25,239 bases of DNA from Candidatus Eiseniibacteriota bacterium (GCA_043810925.1 JBDRNT010000029.1:1-25239), one strand, 5' to 3'; positions 8,407-16,946 are shown, counted from the first letter of the stretch. Program-made: numbers and translations. The notes: generated from the letters alone by a model not told the origin.

Positions 8407-8949
8407 TTATCGGAGCATTATTGCGAGATCGTCACCACCGGGTGTGACCGCGGTTTCATCGGTCTGGATGTCACCGTTCGGCCCTGCGGATACGACCCAG
8501 GCGTGCTCCGTTGCGCTTGAGAATCCCCTGACCCACAGCCTGTATTCGTTGCCCCAAGGATCTGCCTCGACCGTCTCGAGGTATGGCCCGTTCCAGCCTG
8601 TGTAGTTCCTCGTATTGGCGGTCAGGTGGTTATAGAACGTGTCGTACTGCCCGGCCGGCCAAGCGGCCCCGGAATAACCAGGGTCCGCGGAGTTGCTTGA
8701 GTCCAGGCGCTCGAAGTACTGGACCGGTGCCCCGTTGGTGTTACTGTACGGCCACGTGCCGGTGTCCTTGTAGAACAGAAGTATCGCGCTTGCGATACTC
8801 TTGACGTCGGCTTCCGCTCTTGAAATCTTGGCTTCCTCGATCCTGTCGAAGATCAGGGGAACAAGAATCCCCGCGAGGACGCCGATTATCGCGGCCACAA
8901 CTAAGACCTCGATAAGTGTGAAACCCTTCTGACGGGTGTGCGTAGACAT
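8407..8949 (-). CDS. gspG: major pseudopilin, GspG-like
   Basis: QKG|FTLIEVLVV with E5 and P22; DTGTWP, WNGPYL, DPWGNEY, SAGPNG...GGDDL; AAGGAGGT RBS. Confidence 0.88.
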   Translation of the reverse strand: MSTHTRQKGFTLIEVLVVAAIIGVLAGILVPLIFDRIEEAKISRAEADVKSIASAILLFYKDTGTWPYSNTNGAPVQYFERLDSSNSADPGYSGAAWPAGQYDTFYNHLTANTRNYTGWNGPYLETVEADPWGNEYRLWVRGFSSATEHAWVVSAGPNGDIQTDETAVTPGGDDLAIMLR

Positions 8950-8999
8950 CTACGACCTCCTTTCACCGCCCGGCAAATCTGCAGGACGGTACCACCGTT

Positions 9000-10616
9000 T
9001 TAAATCTTATCTTCAGAGCTCCTCGTCTCAGGAGCCCGATCAGCGCCCGATACAGTTACTCGCAACACCTCCTCGAGTGTAGTGACACCTGTGAGTGCTC
9101 TACTGAGACCGTCCATCCTGAGAGACGCCATGCCCTCGCTCTGCGCCACCTGACGCAGATCGTCTGTCGGACGATTCGCAAGGACCGCGTCCCTTATTGC
9201 AGCAGACATGGGGAGGACCTCAAAGATGCCGCCTCTGCCCCGGTAACCCGTCTGGTGGCAGAGCCTGCAACCCTTCCCATGCCAGTATTCGTGGGTCCTA
9301 TCCTCGACCCCGAGTTTGTCGAACAGGTACTCGGGCGGCTCTACCGGTCGTTTGCACCGGTCACAAATCAGTCGCACAAGCCTTTGAGCCAGGACGCAGT
9401 GAACGGACGATGCGATCAGAAATGGTTCGGCACCCATGTCCGCCAGGCGTGCAAAGGCCCCGCTTGCGTCATTGGTGTGAAGGGTCGACAGCACAAGATG
9501 GCCTGTCAGTGCAGCCCTGATTGCGATCTCCGCGGTTTCCCCGTCTCTTATCTCACCGACCATTATCACGTCGGGGTCCTGTCTCAGGAGAGCCCGGAGA
9601 CCGTTCGCAAACGTATAACCGGCGGCTGTGTTCACCTGGGTCTGCCTTATGCCGCTCAGCCTGTATTCAACAGGGTCTTCGATCGTCATGACATTGAGCT
9701 CGGGAGAAGATATCCGGTTGAGTACCGAGTAAAGAGTTGTGGTCTTACCGGAACCGGTCGGACCGGTCACAAGCAGCATGCCGTAGGGCTTCTTGATAGC
9801 GGAATCGAAGATGCTGAGTCTCTGCGCGTCAAGCCCGAGATGTTCCAGACCCAGGAGCACACTCGCCCTGTCCAGGATACGCATGACAATGTTCTCACCG
9901 GTCACGGTGGGTTGGATCGAGACCCGGATATCGACATCCTTGCCATCCGACTTGATCTGAATGCGTCCGTCCTGGGGAAGCCTCTTCTCCGCAATATCCA
10001 GCTTCGACATTATCTTGACCCGGGTCACGAGAGAGGATTCGAGCGACTTCGGCACCGCCATCACCTGTGACAGGGTGCCATCGACCCTCTGCCTGACACG
10101 CACGCTTTTCTCTTCGGGTTCAATATGGATGTCACTCGCGCCGTCCTTGACCGCCCTTGCGATCATTGTGCTTATCAGGCCTGTGGATGACGTGCCTTGC
10201 CTGGACCCGTCGCTGTTTTCCGCTCCCTCGGTAGCTCCCGGTGCACCGAAGTACTGCTGGATGGCGTTTTCGATTCCGGTTGGCGATGCCTGGACCGGCT
10301 CCACGATGCACCCGGTAATGGCCCGGACCTCATCTATTGCGAACACGTCCATCGGATCGGCCATCGCAATCGTCAGGTTGTTGTCGATTTTAAAAACCGG
10401 GACAAGCGTGTATTTTCTTGCGATTCTTTCGGGAACCGACTTCGCGACATCCTCGTCGATCAGGTAGAGAGACAGGTCTATCGACGGCACTTTGAGCTTC
10501 TCATTGAACAGAGTCTGTACGTCGCGACCTGCAGCAGGTGCCTGATCGTCAGTACTGACTTCAGATGTAATGACTTCAGGCTCGGCTGTCTGGGACAGCG
10601 TGCTCTGGCTTTTCAT
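9000..10616 (-). CDS. gspE: GspE/PilB secretion and pilus-assembly ATPase
   Basis: T2SSE_N-like region, ASDIHIEP, LPQDGR, Walker A GPTGSGKT, TIEDPVE, LRQDPDVIMVGEIRD, TGHLVLSTLH, tetracysteine CDRC...CRLC. Confidence 0.96.
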   Translation of the reverse strand: MKSQSTLSQTAEPEVITSEVSTDDQAPAAGRDVQTLFNEKLKVPSIDLSLYLIDEDVAKSVPERIARKYTLVPVFKIDNNLTIAMADPMDVFAIDEVRAITGCIVEPVQASPTGIENAIQQYFGAPGATEGAENSDGSRQGTSSTGLISTMIARAVKDGASDIHIEPEEKSVRVRQRVDGTLSQVMAVPKSLESSLVTRVKIMSKLDIAEKRLPQDGRIQIKSDGKDVDIRVSIQPTVTGENIVMRILDRASVLLGLEHLGLDAQRLSIFDSAIKKPYGMLLVTGPTGSGKTTTLYSVLNRISSPELNVMTIEDPVEYRLSGIRQTQVNTAAGYTFANGLRALLRQDPDVIMVGEIRDGETAEIAIRAALTGHLVLSTLHTNDASGAFARLADMGAEPFLIASSVHCVLAQRLVRLICDRCKRPVEPPEYLFDKLGVEDRTHEYWHGKGCRLCHQTGYRGRGGIFEVLPMSAAIRDAVLANRPTDDLRQVAQSEGMASLRMDGLSRALTGVTTLEEVLRVTVSGADRAPETRSSEDKI

Positions 10617-10627
10617 TGTTCGGCCGC

Positions 10628-11005
10628 CTACTCGGTTTCTTGTCTGGATCCAGCGAATCGCCTGACCGCCTCGAGGAGTTCCTCGTTCTTGAAGGGTTTG
10701 GCGATATACAAGTCGGCACCGGTCTCGAGACCGATTTCCTTGTCCTTCGACCGGCTCCGCGAGGTCACCATTATTATCGTGATATCAGCGAAGTTCTCGT
10801 CGAACTTGAGCATTCTGCATACCTTGTACCCGTCCAGCCCCGGCAGCATGACATCAAGGAGCATTATGTCGGGGTGAAGCTCACGTGCGGCGGTCAGACC
10901 GGCTATGCCGTCTTCCGCCTCGTGGCACTCGATGTTCTCGCCCTCAAGCAGGGTCCGCACGAGACGACGTACATGCTTGTCGTCATCGACAATGAGTACT
11001 CTCAT
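10628..11005 (-). CDS. single-domain response regulator (CheY/PilH-like receiver)
   Basis: VLIVDDD, LLDVMLPGLDG (phosphoacceptor Asp), MVTS, GADLYIAKPF; no output domain. Confidence 0.92.
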   Translation of the reverse strand: MRVLIVDDDKHVRRLVRTLLEGENIECHEAEDGIAGLTAARELHPDIMLLDVMLPGLDGYKVCRMLKFDENFADITIIMVTSRSRSKDKEIGLETGADLYIAKPFKNEELLEAVRRFAGSRQETE

Positions 11006-11021
11006 GGTATGCTGTATTACG

Positions 11022-11064
11022 ACCTCCTACCTTTGGTATCGGCAGGAGGTGGGGAGGGGCTTTA
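11022..11064 (-). promoter_or_regulatory. SD-sequestering hairpin overlapping a sigma28-like promoter
   Basis: mRNA ACCUCCUGCC-gauaccaaa-GGUAGGAGGU (10 bp, one G-U pair); TAAA (11064-11061), 17-nt spacer, GCCGATAC (11043-11036). Confidence 0.4.
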
Positions 11065-11077
11065 GCAGAGGATACTC

Positions 11078-12406
11078 TCAGAGTATGGGAAGGTACTTGG
11101 TCAGTTCGTACTGTGTGACCTGCGTCCTGTAGTTGTCCCATTCGATTCGCTTGTTCTCAATGAACTTCTCAAACAGGGCATCACCCAGGGTTTCTCTGAC
11201 CAGCGTGCTCTGAGCCGTCTTCTCTATGGCGGCGTAAAGGCTGTCGGGGAGGCAGGCGATGCCGTGCTTTTCCCTTTCTTCAGGGCTCATACGATAGACA
11301 TCGAGTTCGACCGGATCGGGGAGTTCATAGCCTTCCTCCATGCCCTTAAGACCCGCCCGCAACATGACGGCGAATGCAAGGTAGGGATTACAGGCCGGGT
11401 CCGGGCATCTGAACTCGACTCTTCTCGGGGCTTCCTTGTCCGGTTTGTCAAGCGGGACCCTGACAAGCGCGGACCTGTTTCTGCTTCCCCAGCAGATGTA
11501 TGCGGGAGCCTCAAAACCCGGGACCAGTCTCTTGTAGGAATTCACCCACTGGTTTGTGACGGTGGTCATCTCAGGAGAGTGTTTGAGGAGTCCCGTTATG
11601 TACTTCTTCGCGATCTTTGAGATCCGGTGCTTGTCTCTCCGGTCAAAGAATGCGTTCCTACCCTTCTTGAAGAGTGATTGGTGGACATGCATGCCACTTC
11701 CGTTCTGACTCCTGATAGGCTTCGGCATAAAGGTGGCGTACACGTTGTGCTGACGGGCCACCTCCTTGATTACCAGGCGTGCGGTCATCACTGCATCGGC
11801 GACCTTGAGGGCCTGGTCGTACTTAAGGTCCAGCTCGTGTTGGCTGGTTGCCACCTCATGATGGCTTGCGTGTGAGGGTATCCCCATGGCTTCAAGAGTC
11901 AGGACGGTCTTTTCTCTCAGCTCCATATTGACATCGGCCGGAGTGAGATCGAAATAACCACCGACGTCGAGCACCTGGGGGGAGCTGGAATCGGCAAAAT
12001 AGAAATACTCGATCTCCGGTCCAAGATAAGGCGCGAAACCTTTCTTTGCGAGCAGCTGGATCGACCGTTTGAGGATGTATCTCGGATCGCCTTCGTACGG
12101 TCTGAGGTCGGTATCCACGACATCACAGATCATTCTGGCTGCACAGGTGCCCTCGCGGGTCCACGGGAGTATCTGGAACGTCGACGGGTCGGGCAGGACG
12201 ACAAGATCGCTCTCATATATCCTGGCAAAACCCTCAACCGATGAACCGTCGAAGCTTTCACCCTCCTCGAGCGCAGCGGCGAGTTTTGATGTGGTGATAG
12301 TAAGTGACTTGAGCTGACCCAGGATATCGGTGAACCATAACTGGACGAACTTCACTCTGTTTTTCTTGCATGCATCAAGGACCCTTGTCTTGGCCTTCCT
12401 GTTCAC
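11078..12406 (-). CDS. glnA: glutamine synthetase type I (GSI-alpha size)
   Basis: 442 aa; GTG start with GAGGTG RBS; FDGSS, HHEVATSQHE, ATFMPKP, NGSGMHVHQS, NSYKRLVPGFEAP, NRSALVRVP, RVEFRCPDP. Confidence 0.93.
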   Translation of the reverse strand: MNRKAKTRVLDACKKNRVKFVQLWFTDILGQLKSLTITTSKLAAALEEGESFDGSSVEGFARIYESDLVVLPDPSTFQILPWTREGTCAARMICDVVDTDLRPYEGDPRYILKRSIQLLAKKGFAPYLGPEIEYFYFADSSSPQVLDVGGYFDLTPADVNMELREKTVLTLEAMGIPSHASHHEVATSQHELDLKYDQALKVADAVMTARLVIKEVARQHNVYATFMPKPIRSQNGSGMHVHQSLFKKGRNAFFDRRDKHRISKIAKKYITGLLKHSPEMTTVTNQWVNSYKRLVPGFEAPAYICWGSRNRSALVRVPLDKPDKEAPRRVEFRCPDPACNPYLAFAVMLRAGLKGMEEGYELPDPVELDVYRMSPEEREKHGIACLPDSLYAAIEKTAQSTLVRETLGDALFEKFIENKRIEWDNYRTQVTQYELTKYLPIL

Positions 12407-12471
12407 GGTTCACCTCGTGCTTTCGTGTTCTTACCCTGTATCGGCAGTAATGCGGCTACACCATAGTGTGT

Positions 12472-13893
12472 TTATGGTCCGGGTACGGTAGCGTGCTTCG
12501 CACCGATTCTCCCGCAGCCTTCGACGGCAAGAGCAGGCGAGCCCGGAGTCAATGCATAGTCCATCTTGGACGGATCGGCGAACCCGGGGTCTTCTGAGAT
12601 GCCGTCTTTGAACAGTGCCGGTTCGAGGGTAATGCCACCGAAGTCGGCAGGCAGATTCGACCACAGATCACAGCATGACAGCGAGACACGCGAAGTCGCG
12701 TCGGTCATGAAAACCGCATGCCCGTCGTCGTGACCGGCTATGATGGATTTCTCTATGTAAGGGGAAGCACCCTCCGTTGCGAAGATCCCGCCCCCGTGGG
12801 AGGACTTGTTCCCGGCAATCGTAGTGTTGGTGATAAGCGGTGAGGCTCCCGTAGCGCAATAGATCCCGCCGCCTGCACTTGCGCTGTTCCCGGTGATCAA
12901 CACGTCCTGGATCGTGGGTGAGGACGCACGGCAGGATATGCCGCCGCCATAGGTGGCAGTGTTGGAGTGGATAATGAGGTTTCTTAAGATCGGGGAGGAA
13001 CTGCTCGTCAGTGCGATGCCGCCTCCCGACTTGCCTGATGCACCCGTTATCACAAAGCCATCAAAAACGGTTGTAGAATCCTCCCCGAACATCACCCTGA
13101 CACCGGCATGAAAGCCCGTGGCGTCGATGATACTGGGGGTAGCATCAAGGTCCCTTTCCTTGAAATCACGGTCCCAGCCTCCGAGGATCACAATGCCTTT
13201 TCTTAAGACGAGATGTTCCCTGTACGTACCTCCTTCGACAAAAACCGTGTCACCGGGCAGCGCTTTGTGGATAGTCTCGTCGATGGTCGCCATGTCACCG
13301 GTGGAATCGGGACGGACGTACCAGTTGCGATTCCGGATCGTGGTGATTTCAGCAAAGTCATCGCCCTTGACACCACCGGCTCCACCCCTTGCTGATAGCA
13401 GGATCTCCGACATCGAGGGGGCGATCTCATTGCAGTCGGCCAGGGCGATGGCACCTTGCTTGTGCTCCGGCTCGATCTCTATGGTTCCCGGTGTTGTCAC
13501 TGTGAGGGTCAGCCAACCCACGATCAGTGGTACCGTATCCATCGCGCAGTCCTTCCAGAGGATGCTTGTTTCATCACCGGGTGAGCTTATGTCTGCGATC
13601 TTCAAATGGCTGCAGTCATGCCATGATCCGCTGCCCCATGCTTCGGGCCAGGTCAGAGCGAATGAGATGGCCTTGGCCTCTCCGTACCGTAGCAATACGA
13701 CGAAGGCATCGATCCTGCCTACCCCATCATAAGTTGAGTTTATGGAGTTCTCATCGATTACAGGCAGGTTGTGGTCACAGCTACGGTCGGCATGCTCTTC
13801 GATATGTATGGCTATTACCGGTAGATCAACTTCAGCATAAGCATCCAATGCCACGAGGAAGACAAAAGCAAGGATAACTGCGCATGTTCTCAT
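12472..13893 (-). CDS. secreted right-handed parallel beta-helix (pectin lyase-fold) repeat protein
   Basis: Signal peptide; AGGAG RBS; PGDTVFVEGGTY; repeats GGGIAL / YGGGISC / GGGIYC / GGGIFA followed by SP.I.N; DPGF...DYAL.PGSPA. Confidence 0.85.
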   Translation of the reverse strand: MRTCAVILAFVFLVALDAYAEVDLPVIAIHIEEHADRSCDHNLPVIDENSINSTYDGVGRIDAFVVLLRYGEAKAISFALTWPEAWGSGSWHDCSHLKIADISSPGDETSILWKDCAMDTVPLIVGWLTLTVTTPGTIEIEPEHKQGAIALADCNEIAPSMSEILLSARGGAGGVKGDDFAEITTIRNRNWYVRPDSTGDMATIDETIHKALPGDTVFVEGGTYREHLVLRKGIVILGGWDRDFKERDLDATPSIIDATGFHAGVRVMFGEDSTTVFDGFVITGASGKSGGGIALTSSSSPILRNLIIHSNTATYGGGISCRASSPTIQDVLITGNSASAGGGIYCATGASPLITNTTIAGNKSSHGGGIFATEGASPYIEKSIIAGHDDGHAVFMTDATSRVSLSCCDLWSNLPADFGGITLEPALFKDGISEDPGFADPSKMDYALTPGSPALAVEGCGRIGAKHATVPGP

Positions 13894-14067
13894 GTCACTA
13901 CTCCTGTGTCCGTAGTTTCAGTGCTGATTCCGTCGGTGATACCCACCCGCCCCACATGTCCTCAAATAACCCAAATCGCCGTCGATTGCCAGACAAATGT
14001 GGCCGGACCCACAACACATTGAGAAAACCCTTTGGTTTGGCGCGGCAATCACTTATTCTATCCGCAT

Positions 14068-15177
14068 ATGTTTACAAAAGCTGCACGATGTGTTTGGAAC
14101 GGTACATCGATCAGGATGTTGCTGCTTCTACCACTGCTTCTGACTTTTGCCTGCAGTCCACGGCTTGCGGGCGGGCCGGGGGCGAATGTCAATCCCGTCG
14201 AGATCCTCGAGAAATCGCCACGCATCTATCACATCGGCTTCGAGACGATCGCAGACAGCATGGAAACCCTGCATGCCTCCGCGTACCTTGCGGGCGGTCT
14301 GGTCGGCGATCTTAAGGCGGCTGCAGTCGAGGCCGGTTCGCTGGAGCATCAGTCTGACGCAGCCCGGGTGCAGACTGAGTACTTCAAAGCCAGACGGCGG
14401 TACGACGCAGGTGCCAGCGGAATAGCGGTCAAGCACCTGCGGCTGGCGCTGGGGATAGACCCGGAGTTCAGACCGGCGCAACTGCTGTCTGCGGAGATGT
14501 TCCTGGACGACCACAAGGTCAAGGAGGCTGTGGGGATCTACGGCAGGATCCTGAATCGCGATTTCACCGACTCGGACGCGCTGGTAGGACTGGCCAGGTG
14601 TCTGATGCTGATGGGCAGGCTTGAGGAGGCCAGGCGGGCCTTGATCGACGCTGTAATCTTCGACAGAGTCAACCTGGGTGCATGGCAGAATCTTCATGTC
14701 CTGGGTGAGGTCAGGGACTTCACTGTAGCAACACATGATGCTCCTGAACTCGGCATGACCAGAAAGTCCGCAGGCAGACACTATGACATCGTTGTTGATG
14801 CATCACTCGAAGATTGCCCGGTCCAGGCGGCGGCGTGGATCGTGTTCGCCTCGCAGAGAGCCGTTTGGCGTTACGAAGGCAAGCACAAGCGATACCTGGG
14901 CGTGCCGAGATATGTGCATACATACGAAGAGGATATTGACTGTTACATGGCCCTGGCAACAGCCTGGAAAGTCCTGTCACAGCGGGATTCGATCTCGTGT
15001 GATACCCGTTACTTCGATTACCTCGATCAGGTAGCCGAAGACGGGTACCTTGTTCCTCACGTTCTCTTCGACCACGTGTGTCTGGAGGATCCTTTCGCGG
15101 CGAGAGGGTTCTCATTGGAAACCATTGATGGGCTGAGGGAGTACATCAGCAGGTACGTCCTGGTGCCCAAGGGTTGA
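14068..15177 (+). CDS. TPR-containing exported protein, probable lipoprotein
   Basis: Hydrophobic LLLLPLLLTFA-C lipobox-like segment; TPR-like helices (ALGIDPEF, DALVGLARCLMLMGRLEEA). Start uncertain (14032, 14068 or 14116). Confidence 0.75.
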   Translation: MFTKAARCVWNGTSIRMLLLLPLLLTFACSPRLAGGPGANVNPVEILEKSPRIYHIGFETIADSMETLHASAYLAGGLVGDLKAAAVEAGSLEHQSDAARVQTEYFKARRRYDAGASGIAVKHLRLALGIDPEFRPAQLLSAEMFLDDHKVKEAVGIYGRILNRDFTDSDALVGLARCLMLMGRLEEARRALIDAVIFDRVNLGAWQNLHVLGEVRDFTVATHDAPELGMTRKSAGRHYDIVVDASLEDCPVQAAAWIVFASQRAVWRYEGKHKRYLGVPRYVHTYEEDIDCYMALATAWKVLSQRDSISCDTRYFDYLDQVAEDGYLVPHVLFDHVCLEDPFAARGFSLETIDGLREYISRYVLVPKG

Positions 15178-15181
15178 GACC

Positions 15182-15658
15182 TTGTTTGACAAGGCCTATC
15201 TCGACATTGAAACCTCCTACGACGGTTACATGACCGTGCTGGGCATATTCCGTCCACCGGACGGTCTTTACCAGATCATCTACCCGGACATAGACCGCGA
15301 CTCCCTCCTGGGAGCACTCGATGGAACAGAGGAGCTGGTCACCTACTGGGGACACAGATTCGATCTGCCTGTCATAAACCGCTCGCTCGGCGTCGATCTG
15401 CGTCAGGCATTCCGGAGCACCGATCTCGCCGATCATTGCCACCGGCATGGTCTCTACGGTGGGCTTAAGGTGGTCGAAAAGCACCTAGGAATCGGCCGGG
15501 AAAGCGATGGACTTACGGGTGAGGATGCGATGAGGCTTTGGGACGAGTGGTGCCACGGTGACAAATGCGCGCTCAAGATGCTTCTCAGATACAACGAAGA
15601 CGATGTCGTAAATCTTTACCTCTTGGAGAAGGAACTCGCCGATCTCGATCGACAGTGA
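15182..15658 (+). CDS. YprB-like RNase H-fold (DEDD) exonuclease domain protein
   Basis: AYLDIETS (Exo I), VTYWGHRFDLP (Exo II), GGLKVVEKHLGI, LLRYNEDDV (Exo III). Confidence 0.85.
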   Translation: MFDKAYLDIETSYDGYMTVLGIFRPPDGLYQIIYPDIDRDSLLGALDGTEELVTYWGHRFDLPVINRSLGVDLRQAFRSTDLADHCHRHGLYGGLKVVEKHLGIGRESDGLTGEDAMRLWDEWCHGDKCALKMLLRYNEDDVVNLYLLEKELADLDRQ

Positions 15659-15691
15659 TGCCGGCCGTCCGGCTGTCAAGGAGGTGTAGAG

Positions 15692-16777
15692 ATGAAGATC
15701 CAGGCTATGGTGCTTGCGGTGTTGGTTGTGTGCGTGGTGGTGATTCCAGACTGCTCATGCCGGGCGGAGCGCCCCACCGGGACCTTCTCTATCGTTGCCT
15801 ATGATTCAGTAACGGGTGAGCTGGGTGTCGTAGTCCAATCCAGGGCCTTCGGTGTCGGCGCCGCCGTCGCCTGGGCCGAGGCCGGCGTCGGGGCGATCGC
15901 CACCCAGGCTCAGACGAACCAGTCGTTCGGCCCGCGCGGTCTTGACATGCTCAGGAGCGGTCTTGGAAGCGGCGAAGTGCTTGAACTGCTGCTTGAGTCC
16001 GATCCGGGGAGGGAGAACAGGCAGATAGGGATAATAGACGGGTGTGGCGCCCCGGTCAATTTCACGGGTTCGGAGTGTCTCGTCTGGGCCGGCGGCGTGA
16101 CGGGGACGGGCTATGCGTGTCAGGGTAATATCCTGGCCTCAGAGGAGGTCGTGACTTCAATGGCGACAGCCTTCGAGGAGACCGGGGGCGAGCTGGCGGA
16201 AAGGTTGCTTGGGGCTCTGGTTGCAGCGCAGGCGGCCGGTGGTGACAAGCGCGGTATGCAATCGGCTGCGCTGCTTGTAGTCCGGCCGAGCGAGACCTAT
16301 CCCGAGTACAATTACCGCTATGTCGACCTTAGGGTTGAAGATCATACCGATCCGATAAACGAGCTGATAAGACTGTACCGCCTGCATGAGAAATCCGATC
16401 TTCTCTTTGCGCATACCAGGTACGTCGCCTACTACGACTCCACCGGCCGGGCCGATCTCGCTGACAGGGAGAGAAAGGTGGTGGGAGGGATGCTCAAGCG
16501 GGCGCTGGCGGATAAAACGGATGACGCCGATCTCCTTAACGGGCTCGCGTGGTTCTGCGGGACCGCCGACCTGTTTCTTGATGAAGCCCTTGAGGCCGCG
16601 GAACGTGCCGTCGGCCTCCAGCCTGAGGCCGCATACATACTTGATACGCTAGCGGAGGTCCAATTCCGGCTCGGGATGATCGATGAGGCGATTGCGACCG
16701 GGGAAAAGGCCGCAGCGCTTGATCCCGAGAGCACCTATTACAAGGGGCAACTCGACCGCTTCAAATCCGCCAGATAA
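15692..16777 (+). CDS. exported DUF1028 (Ntn-hydrolase-like) protein with C-terminal TPRs
   Basis: AGGAGG RBS, signal peptide, TFSIVAYD...GELGV, GVGAIATQA, QGNIL, GGDKRGMQSAAL, DLRVEDH; TPR-like tail (LNGLAW..., ILDTLAEV). Confidence 0.88.
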   Translation: MKIQAMVLAVLVVCVVVIPDCSCRAERPTGTFSIVAYDSVTGELGVVVQSRAFGVGAAVAWAEAGVGAIATQAQTNQSFGPRGLDMLRSGLGSGEVLELLLESDPGRENRQIGIIDGCGAPVNFTGSECLVWAGGVTGTGYACQGNILASEEVVTSMATAFEETGGELAERLLGALVAAQAAGGDKRGMQSAALLVVRPSETYPEYNYRYVDLRVEDHTDPINELIRLYRLHEKSDLLFAHTRYVAYYDSTGRADLADRERKVVGGMLKRALADKTDDADLLNGLAWFCGTADLFLDEALEAAERAVGLQPEAAYILDTLAEVQFRLGMIDEAIATGEKAAALDPESTYYKGQLDRFKSAR

Positions 16778-16779
16778 AA

Positions 16780-16913
16780 CTGGGGTCAGGCTTTGAATTC
16801 TGGAATCAGATGTTCTCTCATGCAACGCAGGGAACCTTTGAATTTGAACCCCGTGTCAGATATTGAAGCCTTCTCTTAAGTGCCTGATTCCAGAATTCAA
16901 AGCCTGACCCCAG
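16780..16913. repeat. 134-bp palindromic element (MITE/REPIN-like), copy 1
   Basis: Perfect 30-bp inverted repeat CTGGGGTCAGGCTTTGAATTCTGGAATCAG (16780-16809 / 16884-16913) around a 74-bp spacer; second copy at 21156. Confidence 0.9.
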
Positions 16914-16916
16914 CCC

Positions 16917-16946
16917 TTGACATTGGTGGGGGGGCGGGGGTACAAT
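16917..16946 (+). promoter_or_regulatory. sigma70-type promoter
   Basis: TTGACA (16917-16922), 18-nt spacer, TACAAT (16941-16946). Confidence 0.7.

Noticed and set aside
10614-10630. Read-through fusion of response regulator and ATPase
   Set aside because: The 11-nt gap puts the two ORFs in different frames, and no slippery sequence is seen
6391-10877. Long plus-strand ORFs (6391-7290, 9255-10070, 10197-10877) and similar ones elsewhere
   Set aside because: Antisense shadows of well-supported genes in GC-rich DNA, with no motifs
16780-16913. Element as a simple rho-independent terminator
   Set aside because: A 30-bp stem with a 74-nt loop and no U-tract, duplicated almost exactly; it may still affect transcription or mRNA stability
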